DNA of 64,000 bases from Chrysomallon squamiferum (Eukaryota; Animalia; Mollusca). The notes under the pieces were generated by a model, which saw nothing but the letters and a program-made list of their open reading frames with translations, ran no database searches and had not been told where the DNA came from. Position 1 is the stretch's first letter. Each line of letters opens with the position of its first letter. Of this stretch, positions 42,788-57,484 are shown piece after piece. The position numbers were made by a program, and so were the translations under genes. The stretch spans positions 8,432,001-8,496,000 of the forward strand of contig CM022679.1 of assembly GCA_012295275.1 (NCBI GenBank), read 5' to 3'.

Positions 42788-43369
42788 TAATCTTTTATTT
42801 ATATAGTGTTCTGAACGTTTAGCAATCAAACTGCGGTCAGAATTAAAGTCTTATATACGTGTCGTTTATTTCAACAAAACAATTACCAAATTCAACCATC
42901 TCAAAAAAAAAAAAAAATATATATATATATTGTTTTATAACACACTGGTAATAATAGTAATAAAATTATTTACAGTGACGAAGATTATAATTAAATATTT
43001 CGGTTAGGTTTGAAACTGGCATTTATTATATTCATCTTCTACATATTTTTTTATTTTTTTAAATCGGTTTTACAATTATAATTCCGAAAAAAATAAAATA
43101 ATAATAATTTAAATTTTTAAATTTTTAAATTTTTTTTCCCATCAGAAATCAAATAGCTGCAGTGAAAGAGCCAAAAACTTTCCTTGCCTCGAACAAACAA
43201 TGCTGGAAACAAATTAAAAATTTAGTGGTGAAGCCAAACACTGCTCAGCGCGGTTATTTCCCAGAGACAAACAAGTCCGCTGTTTCCCATTAACAGTCGA
43301 CACCCCTGGCGGAGATTACGGAAGGCGCTTGATTGTACTGCCACGAGTAATCCGATAAAGTACGAGACG

Positions 43370-44050
43370 TAGCGGGACATTCCGGAACAAGCCGAACGTC
43401 GGCGAATCGTAGGCGACTTCGAAGAAAGGGGAAAAAAATAAAAGAATCCTGGAACAAGTCGAACGTAAAAATGATTTGCAAAACCGAGAAAGAGATAAGA
43501 AACAAATACGGAACAAAGCGTACGTTTAAAGGACCACGGTTTTTGAGATAAACATAAGTAACAAATCCGGAAGAAGATGTACGTTTAAAGGACCACGGTT
43601 TTGAGATAAACATAAGTAACAAATCCGGAAGAAGATGTACGTTTAAAGGACCACGGTTTTGAGATAAACATAAGTAACAAATCCGGAAGAAGATGTACGT
43701 TTAAAGGACCACGGTTTTGAGAAAGAGATAAGAAAACAAATACGGAACAAGCCGGATGGTAAAAACGAACGCGACTTTGAGAATTGCAGAAGAAAATTCA
43801 TGATCAAGTCTTATATCAAAATGGTCGTGATTTTGAGAAAGACTGTGAGATATTTCCTTATCAAGTTGAATTTAAGAATGAATGCTAATTAGAGCCAGAG
43901 AGAAGAAAATTCCGGAACTAATCGCAAGTCCAGTCGAACTCGACTCGAAGAAACCGAGAACAGATATGGATCCGAAAGTCAGTTAAAATGAACGTGATTT
44001 TGAGAAACACAAAAATCATTCTGGAAAAAACGAAACTTCGAGAGAGTGAG
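43370..44050. repeat. 58-bp minisatellite: near-identical core 43521-43722 within older degenerate units
   Basis: Unit tacgtttaaaggaccacggttttgagataaacataagtaacaaatccggaagaagatg, about 3.5 copies. Flanks retain ccggaacaag and tttgagaa remnants. Confidence 0.85.
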
Positions 44051-44326
44051 CGAAAAAGAGGAGGGCCGAAAGAAAGAATAAGTGACAAATAAAAAGAACG
44101 AGCTTGTAACGAAGTGTCGATTGATCGTCCTGTTTTCAGCTGGCGTGGAATGGCTTATCGATAACACATCGTGTCGAGCTAATTGTTTCAAAACGTGACT
44201 TGATCCGAGTCGAGCACCCAGTAAAAATCCATCAATAACACTACATAAAGAAATTACAGCAAACATTTATTTTTAGTGTATTGTAATGTTTCCCCAACAG
44301 TAAGAACAACAGAAATAATCGTAATA

Positions 44327-44364
<38 letters not shown>

Positions 44365-44407
44365 ACTACTACTACTATAATAATAATAATTAACAGTGAA
44401 TTTAACA

Positions 44408-44417
44408 TCCCAAGGGA
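44408..44417. promoter_or_regulatory. Perfect COE/EBF (UNC-3) binding motif TCCCAAGGGA
   Basis: Matches TCCCNNGGGA and is followed by AT, as in the extended EBF consensus. Function untested. Confidence 0.3.
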
Positions 44418-45421
44418 ATGAAACTAATTTGCTGTTGTTGTTGTTGTTGCTGTTGCTGTTGTTGAGTTTCGGTTGCCGTTACAAATCTAAATTTAAAAAA
44501 AAAAAAAAAATCGATTTCTTTACCTTGTGATTTTAAATTCACTATTTATTAATAGTTTGAAATAGAATACAAACAATGATAGTAACATGTATGATGTTTC
44601 ACAAATCTAAATCAGTCTAATGCAGACATAATAAATAAAAAAATAAATAAGTATGATAATAAAAGATAAATTCAGATCGGATAAGATCAGACAAGAAAAG
44701 ACAAGACATCGAAATGACATATTTCAATAAAGTAAATTTTAAAAACTATGTAATTTAACTGATTACTGCAATCAGAATAATTTTATAATGCCACACATCA
44801 GTAAAATTAATACCATTTTAAATACAGGACTTTCCCAAATAATTTGGCTATAATTAATTATATGTTATATATAAATACTGCCAGGAAAATAACTTTCAAA
44901 ACATTTATAATTGTTTATATACCAATCACTTTTCTAAACATAACTTACAAAGTTGTACGTTTTACACACCGCTTAACAAAAGATTTTTGAACTGATGTAA
45001 ATTTTATAATTCTAGAACCCTAAGTCAAAAAATAACGGTATCTTCGAATGATTTTTTTTTTTTTTTTTTTAAAAGACTGCTAAACAACAACCTGCTGTTT
45101 TTAAATGACAACACGTAGCAATTTCCCCACTCATGATAAATCGCATTAGCAAAATAAGTGGAAACTTTGAACAAAGTGTCGAACTGAACGGATAGCATGC
45201 ACGCATACAGCCGATTTTCCCACATCTGCAGGAAACAGATATGGACAAAGATTTTCATCAGAACCTCGCTAGTCCACTTCAGTAAAATAGACGTGTAATT
45301 AAAATGTTATTTCCTTTTGGAGAACAAACACCCAGCATCCAGATGCTGTTACTCTGTCAGATCGTATTGATTTGTCACAGAGAAAGAAAGAAAGAAAGAA
45401 AAACAAATCATTTCTTTCTGT

Positions 45422-45572
45422 CAAATCTGTGTTGTTTTTTTCTGTCGCCAGTTTTCCCCCACAAATGACCAGTAATTAATCGTATCGCTTATTGATTGTT
45501 TGTAGCGACTAACCACACATCTCATTCTACACGATTCCGCTCTCGAGGAAATTGTTCCTCTCAGCTGTGATG
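45422..45572 (+). repeat. Copy 1 of a diverged direct duplication of about 150 bp (enhancer-like)
   Basis: Shares aaatgaccagtaattaatcgtatcg, gattgtttgtagcga, ttctacacgattccgctct and gaggaaattgttcctct with 47573-47712. Confidence 0.85.
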
Positions 45573-47572
45573 TTTGAATTCGCAATCAGTAAAGCTTGTC
45601 TCGGCCGTTTAGTGTTAACACGCGTCCACGAGACTAATGCTGACGGAATTTTGGAGGCGGCGATGTGTAGAAATGTCTGCTTGTTGGGGAACGGTTAGTT
45701 TTGTTTCCAGCGTGGTTTGGGTTCAGGTGAAGAGTTTAAATATTAATGATATCACTGCAACGTGAATTACAGATTAGAATAATTCCATATCGGTACGAGT
45801 TTGTTATATTCTAAACAATATCCCATACAAAATAAATCATATATATATATATCCGAAGTAAATAATAATAATAATAATAATAGTAATAATAATAATAAAC
45901 AGTATCACATTATTTCGACAAAGATATTTTTTACTTATTTCAGCTAATGACCAATCCGAGTATAAATCAACTTTTTAATGTGATAGATTTATTCAGGAAC
46001 ATTTTTTTACTTCCGAAAAACTCAAAATCATACTGAGATTCATACTAAAAATAAACAAGAAAAAAAAACCCCACAAACCCACAAGAGATACCAGAGTACA
46101 CTGCATCAACTCTGAAGCAATCACGTCACCAGCCGCCCAAAGGAAAGCCAAGTAAACTGGAATTAACCTCAAAAAACGTCCCCAGAACCCGCAGTTTCAT
46201 CTTCAGCTCGCGGAACTGACTAATGACAGATCTTGATGGCCGATTTCCAGCAAAGCTCGAAATAATCGGCCAGAATTACTGGCGATCTTTGCGGCTGAAA
46301 GGGAGGGGGGATATTGCTAGGTCCCTGCAGTCATGGGCGGTCACGCCCCGTGGATTGAATGCTAATCCAGTTTTTATTGCAGTTTTATATCTGACATCAA
46401 TTTGCAGTGGCCGGGGTTAATCCACGTACATTACGACGGTTAGGTTCGAGTCTCCCGCATGAGAATGAATCTGACACGTTGAGTGTGAACTGTTAATCTT
46501 TAACTTCCATGTCTGCAGAACGTAAAATGACAAATAGAAAAAATAGTTTGAGAATCTGAGTGATAGATCAAGTACTAGAAAACATGCGATCACTAATGTA
46601 TACACCACCATGCCATGACGTACTAACACAATGAGCTTCTGTTACTATTATCATAAACCCACCCATGTGTACAAGACCAAAAAAACACGCAGTGACACGC
46701 ATACACACACACGCACACAAATCCACGCTCACTAATGCCTGCACGAGCGCACAAACACGCACATATATACTTTCAAAGAATGTTTTTAACGAATGAGATT
46801 TTTTTTTTTTTTTTTATGTATGTAAAAAAAACAACAAAAAAAACCTTCATCAAGTTGATGCGATCATTAGGTGATTTTGCTCGTTTCTGAGGTTTCTGTT
46901 CAGTGAGTGTGAGATTAAAGCTGTGAAACATTGGACTGTAATGATCAACGCAACGAACTGATCACCCCAGTGTGCGTGACTGTCATACTAAACAATCGAA
47001 AATGTTGCTGAGGAACTGACTCCATCACAACGCCCAGTACGTTTCGGTTACACGTTTGTTTTTTCAGTATCCAGTAATTTCTGACAAATTTAAACAGTTT
47101 AATGCATGCTACTGACCATTTCTGTACTTATAAATAATAATAAATAATACATTCAAATAACCAGACTGTTCTATGTTTTGTAAAGCATCGTTAGGCTGAA
47201 AGAGTCAACAATATTTAAAATATATGAAATAATTAATCAAAAGTGTCTTTGAATTTGTTTATAATCCCAGTTCTCAGTGATCACATTTGTAAAAAAAAAA
47301 AAAAAAAAAAAAAGTATGAACTAATCTCAGTTTAGCATGTACGACACGGTAAGTTAAGTCACTGACTTTTAATACATATTATCATTAATATTGTCTGTCA
47401 CAAACACCTGAAAAGTGCTGCATGTAAGGCGTGCTTCAACCACCACTGAACAAAAGCACTGTTTCAGACTTCTGACTGACTGATTGTTTTCCTATCGCGG
47501 TAAAACACACAGTGACCCGGTGGAATTAACAGTCAAATGTTAGCGACTGCTGAGAAAATCTTTAAATTCTGC

Positions 47573-47712
47573 CAGATTTGTGTTTTCTGTCGCCCGCTCG
47601 CTAAAATGACCAGTAATTAATCGTATCGGTTATCGATTGTTTGTAGCGAATCACCTCCCAGCTTGTTCTACACGATTCCGCTCTTGAGGAAATTGTTCCT
47701 CTTAGCTGTCAA
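47573..47712 (+). repeat. Copy 2 of the diverged direct duplication
   Basis: Same four identical blocks in the same order and spacing as 45422-45572. Confidence 0.85.
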
Positions 47713-48303
47713 TGTTGTTTTTGCGGAACAACCGGCTTGGGGATAATCAACGGACCACGAATAATTATAAACAAACACATATAATTTTTACTTCAGTTTT
47801 TTAATTTTAAACTGATTTTTAATATTTACTTCTTTTTTTTTTTAGAGTACTTAAGAATTTAGTGTGTCTTTTTTTTTTTTTTTTTTTTTTTTTTGAGAAA
47901 CAAATTTTAATTTCTAATCCTCCACCTCACATCTCATTGAATCTCCTCCTCACCATTACCAACAACACCCACAACAACAACAACAACAACAACAGAAACA
48001 CCCACAACAACAACTCCTAGTTAACCAAATCATTCATTTCCTCAAGGAAAATGTACTAGGAAATATGATATATGGATTCTTTACCCAACATATTTTCCCT
48101 TATATCAGGCCCTTTTGATTATTATTATAGGAATGTTTGAATACATTTGACAGTGTCTGTTAGCTTTCGTACCAGAAACACTCAACAGGATTTCTCTTTT
48201 CATTAAACAGAAAGTTTGTACATTTACGTGGAATGAACATCGCATATCATGGTTATTGTTACTTAGCAAGGCACTTAGAAGAAAAAAAATAAATGAAAGA
48301 AAG

Positions 48304-48360
<57 letters not shown>

Positions 48361-48620
48361 GTGTGTTTGTGTGTATGTGTGTGTGTGTGTGTGTTTGTAT
48401 AAATATATGTGTGCGTATATAATATATATATATATATAGCTGTTGCATGAAAAAATCCTAATTATCTAATAACCATAAGTCTGATACGGGTATGCAGTTG
48501 TTTTTAATATATTTTTAACATGAAACAAATTTACTAATAAATGTGTATTATTTCGCCTTTTATAGTTTCTACATTTTCCCCGCAATTTAAAAATAATAAA
48601 ATTTAAATAATAATAATAAT

Positions 48621-48676
<56 letters not shown>

Positions 48677-49884
48677 ATGCTGCTGAATAACAACAGTAAT
48701 TTCGTTAATAAATTCCATCAGAATTTTTCAGTGAATGAATTAATCGATGTGTTCTTTACTATTATGAGATCTGTTTTCGACGAACCGATCTTTCCAACAG
48801 TCTTTGCGTTGAAGTCTTTTTCATCCTGTGGGAGACAGCCATCTCGTTTTTCACTCGTTTGCAATCATGCAAATTCAAACAACGAAATAACCTCTTCAAA
48901 ATTGAAATTCGCTTCATTTCCGAAAAGTCTAATTAAAAATCAACAGACAACAATTCAGACGAGAATTTTGTGGTTGTTCATTTATTTCCTCCCAAGATTC
49001 TCGGCACCGCAGTTAACTTAATAAAGAAAATTTGCGGAAATAACCAATTGAACGAGGCTGATTTTTGCTGCGGTACTACAGCCATATTATGCCATGCATT
49101 CCTCCGTTTGTCATAGAGCATGTAATTTTTTTTTTAAATGTTTACAAAAAAATCTTCTGTCAGCCAATCAGTGTGGGTTGTGAATTTATTTTTATTTATT
49201 TATTTATTTATTTATTTTTTTTCATACCGTTTTTCACAGGGATCCGATTCCAATTATCTATAATTTGTCATTCGCTTAAACTGACTAAATCTGTGGTGAG
49301 AATTAAGTGTATTTCGATCTAATCTCTCCAAGGGATGCAGCCTAATGATAGGATTACCAGAGCAATAATAGAAAGTATTAAAATTAATGGACAAAGACTG
49401 AAAAAAAATAAATAAATAAATAAATAAATTGATAAAAAAAAAAAATAATAATAATAATAAATAAATAAAAAGAAAGAAAAAAAAAAAAATAAAAAAAAAT
49501 AAAAAATATAAAGAACAAAAAATTAAAAATAAAAATAAATTACTGGTAAATAATGTAAAGAAAATAATAATAAAACAAATAAAAATGATGATAAAATAAA
49601 ATATAAACAATAGCAGCAACATTACAAAAAATAACAACAATAATAATACAATAACAACAACAACAACAATAACAATAATAATAACACTAGTAATAGTAGC
49701 AGCTGTAAACAAAACAAGATTTAAGAAGATGAATTAAAAACAGACAAATAAACGTTTCAGTAAGTTTTAAACAACATCATATAAACAGGCACCAAAATGA
49801 TGGAAAAGATTTGTGCAAGCAGAATTCCATAAAATGCTAAGACAGTTAAAAGTACCAGGACATTTAAAGACACAGACGTAACTG

Positions 49885-49926
<42 letters not shown>

Positions 49927-51312
49927 AAATAAAATAATAAATAAATAAATTAAATTAAATTAAATAATAAAAAAGTTAAAAGTACCGGGACATTTAAAAA
50001 CACATACTGAATTCGTATAAAAAAAAAATAAAAAAAAAAAAAAAAAAAAATAAAAACTGCAAGACGACAAAAAGTAAAAGAACTGCATAAGACGAGGTAA
50101 CAAAAGTGACATTTTTGTAAGAAATCTCGAGTCATATTTTCACCAATTTCTTTCTTAAACATCTGACACTGAAATTACTATTGTGGATGTTGTTGTTTTG
50201 TAATGTTGTTGCTATTGTTTACATTTTATTTTATCATCATTTTTTATTCCTTTTATTATTATTATCTGTAACATTGCGACCCCCACGTGTCACAATTAGT
50301 ATTTTTCTCTTACACTGCTAAAAATCAGTATTTTTCTACAACACTCGTTTTAATCAATTCTATCACCGGTCTCTAGCAGATCAAGTTTTCGTTATGAAGA
50401 CACACGGTTAAAGGGAATCATTCAGAGGTTTTTGGCAATGGAATTCAGATCCTCTGAAGAGTTAACTAATAGCTAAGTCGTGTATTAACCAAGATATTAA
50501 AACAGACATGCACTGCTGTGAACAATCACAACTACCGTACAAGTGTTATAAATATCATATATGTACCGTATACTAATTATCATACAGTGTTAAAGTATAT
50601 TGATATTTATTTATTCTCTGACAAAATAAACTGGGTCAAAGCTTTAAGATACAGAATCAGGGGACTGATTCTCTTTAAGTGGTTATTAATTACTACTATA
50701 TTATATCTTTTAAAATACTAATTCACTAATGTACTGAAGTACCAACTTACTGAAATACTGAACTACAAATTCTTTAACAAAAAACAAAAAAAGAGGACAA
50801 ATGTACTAAGTCCATTATTCATTACTGTGCATTGTATAACGAATTTATTACATCAGCAGTTGTTTAGCTAAAACTTAAAAAGCTACCGTTTGATGCATAA
50901 TAAGAAGACGAGTTTATGAGACAGATATCCAGGAGAGATGAAAGCAGACAAACATACGTACATACGACATCAATAAAACTGTGTACTGGAGATATTTAGC
51001 GTAATAGCCATCTGGGAAGCAAATTAATTTCTCAGATCTTAATGATCACACTTGAATGAAAAACGCAGATTAATTAAATTGGTGAACAAAAAATGTCTTT
51101 GAATTCTCAATGAGTATTTCTTTCTTTCTTCTTTGTTAAAAAAAAAAAAATAAAAAATAAAAAATGTAATTACTTTTACTGGTTTGATATTTGTATAACT
51201 TTTATTTATCCTTGACTGACTTTAAAACTGATTACGTCCTTATTTTTTTTTTTTTTTATTATTATATTTAATATTATTTATTTATTTTTTTTTATTTTAA
51301 CTTTTTTAATAG

Positions 51313-51354
<42 letters not shown>

Positions 51355-51579
51355 GTTTTGGGAATTGTAAAATCATTGCATGAAAAGAGGTCAGTTAACA
51401 GAAAAAGGAAGAATAGTAATAAATATTATTAAAATACGTATGTGGGAATATTTTTTTTATTGTTGTTTTCTTTTTGTTTCTTTGTCTATTTTGTTTGTCT
51501 GTTCGATTTTTTCCACTTATATTTCTTAAGTCTACATCTACCTAATTAACCTATGCTTTTGCTACTACTACCACAACTC

Positions 51580-51615
<36 letters not shown>

Positions 51616-52728
51616 TTACTATTACTACTACTACAACAACTACTACTATTAATAATAATATAATGATAATCATAATCATAATGATCATGATGATAACAGT
51701 AATTATAGTAACAATAACTTCTACGGGAATGAATTTGTTTAAGAAATGAATATATATTTACTTTGTAACGTTTTCTTTTAAAATTACCTTAATCTCATTC
51801 CCTTGTTTTTCATCTTGCATTTCATTTTGTCGTTATTTTCTCCTCCTGCAGTTAACACCATCGCACACAACAACTACAACAACGAGAGCACAATACCACT
51901 ACTACCATGACATAAAATATACTAGCTACGACACAATCTTACTACGACAAATACACCCCACACTACTACTACTACTACTACATCACAAACAGTATTATAC
52001 TAGAATTACAACGATTATTATTTCTTATATTTGTACTTCTCCAAAGCTGCTGTCAGTAAACATTGCTCCAACTTGTTTAATTATTGTAATAATTACGTAA
52101 CTGCACAGTTAATACATTCACATGAATAACACCAATAACTCATATATTTTGTGTTCGTTATGTTAAAACGTTTGCAACAGTAAATATTATCGCCGTTATT
52201 ATTATACACGTAGATATAATTTTGCTAAAACCTTTTATTATTATTACTGTTGTTTCTAACGAATTCAAAATCAGTCGTTTTCAAGATTCTGATATAACAT
52301 GAAGTTTTATGAAAATTAACCAATTTTAAATGATGCATAAATCTTAGAGTTAAGATTTGTCTCTGAGACATATCACTCATATATCTGTGTCACAATAGCC
52401 ATAACATAACGATTATATTTTGTGGAATTTTTTGTTAGATATTTTCGTATACAGATATCATTTTTAAAATCAAGCTCTCTCTTTTCTTTTTTTTTTTTTT
52501 TCTTCCAATATCCTATGGCCCAATCTCTTATTTTTCTCCATTGTTTATTTATATCTATCTCTTTTTATATTTCTGTCACCCTGTTTTAATTTTCTTTTCT
52601 CACACAGTCTCTGTCTTTCAGCTCTTTCGTTCTTTTCCTCTGACTTGCTTTCTCTTAACTGTTTTCTTTTCTCGTTCTTTCTTACCACCTCTTTCATCTC
52701 TCTCTCTCATCTCTTTTCTCTCCCTCCT

Positions 52729-52771
<43 letters not shown>

Positions 52772-54681
52772 GTCTAACTCTCTCCATTTCTGCATATCTC
52801 TCCTCTGCATATCCCCCCCTCTCTCTCTCTCTTTAACAATATGACAAAAGCAAAGTAAGTTATAACAGTAATAAAAAAAAAAATGAAAAAGGATGGAAAA
52901 AATAAATATAGAAAAAATAAAAATCTTCTATAAATCAGATTTTATCGGGAGGGGAAGACAGGAAGTTATTTACACAATTTTTTTATTTTTTTTTTTTTTT
53001 TATTAGATTATCCATTCCATAACAAAGGCAATTATTTTTTTAATACACTACAACATTTTTTTTTTTTTTTTTTTTTTTTTTGGATAATGTCCATAATGAA
53101 CAGGGGCTATTGATCACTCGTGGGAATGGCCATTTGGCTGGATGTAAATTTCGAAAGCAAAATCAATGCGGAATCGGAGCTCGTATAAAACGGATGCAGA
53201 AGGATGTTTATTTTAGCATTTATGTGTCGGCAAAGACGAATTTTTATCAATTAAACAAAACTTTCAACAGATGCGAATGTTCCAGTTATTACCGCATTAT
53301 CTTGACACCCACGACAAATTTCGTCTCCTTCCTGCCATTTTCTGCTTAAATGTTTCTTGTGTCCACCAACTAGAACTGTCATAATGAATGTCGTAATTGA
53401 AACATGAAAAAAAAAAAAAATCCTAATGGGATTTCGATTAAAATGGATGAACTTGAAGCATCAGAAATCATAAAAGATATTAAGAAAAAAAAAAAAGAAA
53501 AAAAAAACCTGCAAAAACATTACCCGTTCCAATGTACGCTACATTGTTGGAATATCAAGGTCCATGATCTACGCTTTTCAGAAAAATAATTTTTGAGAAT
53601 GTACGTAAAGTATCACTAGCCAGAAATGATTATGCTTTTGTGTGTATTTTCATTTTCCACAAGTTATTTGATATGATACTGAGATACAAAAAAGAACCTG
53701 GGCTTGATGTTATACGTTTAATGTTTGCTGAAATTTTGATTTTACGATGGAGGTTACTGGTGAAATTAATGCGAAACTTGCTTTCCCTCTGAACGTTAAA
53801 TCTTTGATGTTTTTTTTCTTTTGAGCTGAGAATATGGATATAACAGAAACTATTCTTTAAAAATGTACAGGTTTAACTTCATTAATATTGGCTTTTTAAA
53901 CTTTTTTTTTTTTTTTTGTTTCTATAGTTTTAACTATCGCTGTATCACGATATATACGTATTTACCAAAATCAAAGTGAAATTCAAAATATTGTGTTTTT
54001 TCTCTTTTATTTTGTGTCTTTCTTTGTTCTTCTTTTTCTTCATTTAAGACTCATAGTTCCATCGGTCAATTATTAACGGTTATTTTATTACTTCTTTTTC
54101 TTATCGGATTTTTTTATTTTATTATTATTTTTTTCTTTTAATGAGATTGCTGCAAGGTTTCTGGATGTTTTTCTGTTCAATTTTTTTTTTCTTCCTTTTT
54201 TTTTTTTTTTTAAAAACAACCTTAACTAGCCGGTGGATTATTCAAACGACACAGGCACCATTAATCTATGTCTTTAATTGGGAATATCGCATTAAGGGGA
54301 ACGGCATTTCGAAATTAGCGTAACTATTTGAGCAAGAATTCCACGACAAGAATTCGAGCCGCGTCTTTGGAAACTGACAAACAAGTGGCATTGATCCGTC
54401 GTCACTCGAGTTCTCTGCCTCGAAAAGACCAGTGCAGACTGGTTAGCCAATACACTGTCGTACACGGAGATAATAAACTGTCGTGGCGAGCAAATAAAGT
54501 AACATCGTTATATGTACAGCTCCCAGAACGACAATTTGTTCCGAGTTCGATCATAATGTCTCAGGCCTAAGATTGATTCTCGATACTTGCAAGGAAGATG
54601 TTATCATTACATCCTAGACAAATATCAGCAGGCTTGGATCAGAATGTCGAGTGTTGTATTTTTTTTTTTTTTGTTTTAGGG

Positions 54682-54911
<230 letters not shown>

Positions 54912-56023
54912 TTTTTCCCAGTTTGATGGTGATGCCGTCAAAACAACTTCTAAACAAACAAAACGACTACTACTACTACTGTTACTACTACTGTTATCAC
55001 TACTGCTGCTACTACTACTACTACTAGTGCTGATACCACTGAAACTACTGCAACTATCGTAACCTCCATTCTGCTATTATTATAATACTGGTCAATTGTT
55101 TTAAATCTTCAAATCACTCTCTGGACAAATGTGCTCAGAGTTGAAATATTTATAATAATGAAGAGCATGTTGCTGTTGCTAATAATATTCACATCGTTGC
55201 TCTTGTTATTGCCTCTGTTGTTGTAGTTCTTCATCTTCCAATATTATTATCCTATTTTTTTTCCAATTTTACGTCTTTTTCTTCTCACTATAATTGTTAC
55301 TATTGAACTTGTTGTTGTAGTTGTTGAACTTACTGTTGTTGTTGTTTTTGTTCCAGACGTTGCTACAGTTATTTTTTACAGGGATAATAACAATAATAAT
55401 AACTAAGGGACTATCACTGCTGTGTGCTTCATGTCAGTGTACTGTTAAGACAATAACTTTCTGTTTCACTGCATTCAAAAGAAACATTTAATCATACATC
55501 CTAATTGTACTCCATGTTGACGTGGCGAAAAGTCAACCGTCGCGAACGGTCAATAGCGGTAAAACACCTGCCCGCTGTTTGCACGCGCTAGAATTATTGT
55601 GTGTATTGTCTTTCTAGAAATCTTTCATTGTGAACCACAGCACATTCAGACATCTGCGCTTCTACGATTGTACAAAAACAGCTATTAAAATTAAAACTGT
55701 CTATTTCAAAGTCAAGGTCGTTTATATAATGTGAAGAAGCCGCATATTTTAATCCGGTAGGTAGTTAGATCACGTCCAGTTATTTCCTCATATCTAGAGA
55801 TAACTGCGAAAGTATAAGACCAGTACATATATATATATATTTTTTTAAAATTATTATTTAATTATTTATTTGGCATCCTAACATTAATGAAAAATATATT
55901 TGAAAATTTTACCAATAACCGTTGGCATATATTTTCGTCGATGTAAGCTCAGTTAAAACTGTTCATTAAAGAAGTAAAACTGAATAATTTTGCAAAGATC
56001 TCATGAACAAGTGTCTGTGAATG

Positions 56024-56081
<58 letters not shown>

Positions 56082-56991
56082 CTGTCAAATGAGAAAAATA
56101 ATTAAACATCGAAAGTCAAGAGAAAATGAGGAGGGACGGAAAAACCAAAAGAGAAAAATAAACCATGATTATCTAACAAAAATAAATTCTAAAAATTGTG
56201 ATATAATAATAATAATGATGATGACGATAACAATAAACAATATAAAAAAAATAAAAAAAATAACATGTGTTCGTAAAACCCAGTAGTGAACAATGGTCAC
56301 TTACTACATACAACCAAACACCTTGCTTTGTTGCGTAACAACGCGTTACTAAACATGGCTGTAAATGCCTCGGTTTGTGTTCGCACTGACAGATGGGACA
56401 TGCCAAGCGCTGTAAATCAGACATATGGGGATTCAGGCTGTATTTAACCTGTGTGGACATCTGACGGGCAGGAGTACATAATACCAACTCTGAATGCTTG
56501 CAATTAAGATACGGCGTCAGTCACGTGCAAAATGGCTGCATGACGAAACATCGTACAAAAGCCAGTGAATGGCTGATGATTAGACAAAAACGATTTTTTT
56601 TTTTTTTTTTTTCGATTTTCATTTTTACGTAACGATGTAATAAGAATATAATTATCTTTGATAAGAACAAAATCTGTTCAAGTTTTTGGTGTCATTTCAT
56701 GGTTAATTTCAGTAGAATTTGTAATCTAAGACAATGAATATTTCCTAGCACTGCCCTTTCCAGCGTCAATTAAAACAGACAGCGCAACCAAAACAGTTAT
56801 CTAGTCAGTGTTTGTCGCTCTCTTTGGGTAGTGGTTCATTTTCAAAGGTTATTATAATAGAATATTATTGTTATTACAGTTCAGAGTTATAATACTATTT
56901 GTAAATATGTAATATATAGTAATATGGTTTAAAAAATTATTTTGGCAACAGGATTACATTTCAGTAATTCGCAAGATTTTTTACCGGTTTG

Positions 56992-57030
<39 letters not shown>

Positions 57031-57127
57031 ATATACATACATACACACACACACACACTTACACGACACATATTACTTGTTTTACATACACTTATATATG
57101 TATATGTAACTATACATTAAGACTATA

Positions 57128-57265
57128 CAGATAGGTAGACAGATTGATGGACTGATAATTAGATGGATAGATAGATAGATAAATAATAAGATAGAAATAT
57201 AGATAGATAGATAGATAGATGGATGGATGGATGGATGGATGGATGGACGGACGGACGGACGGACG

Positions 57266-57303
<38 letters not shown>

Positions 57304-57340
57304 TAGATAAACAGAGATAGATAGACAGATAGATAAACAG
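57128..57340. repeat. Compound tetranucleotide array (GATA)/(GGAT)/(GGAC)/(AGAC)
   Basis: Stepwise single-base unit transitions, ending about 145 nt upstream of the putative ChAT acceptor. Confidence 0.9.
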
Positions 57341-57484
57341 ATTTCTTTAGTTTCATCAGTTTTCTCGATTTATTTGAAAAATATAACAACTCTTTCGTGT
57401 TATTGTTTAAACATTTACAAATGGTTTCTAACATTATTATTTACAAGAGATTCCCAAAAAAAAATATTTTCTTTTCTCCAACAG

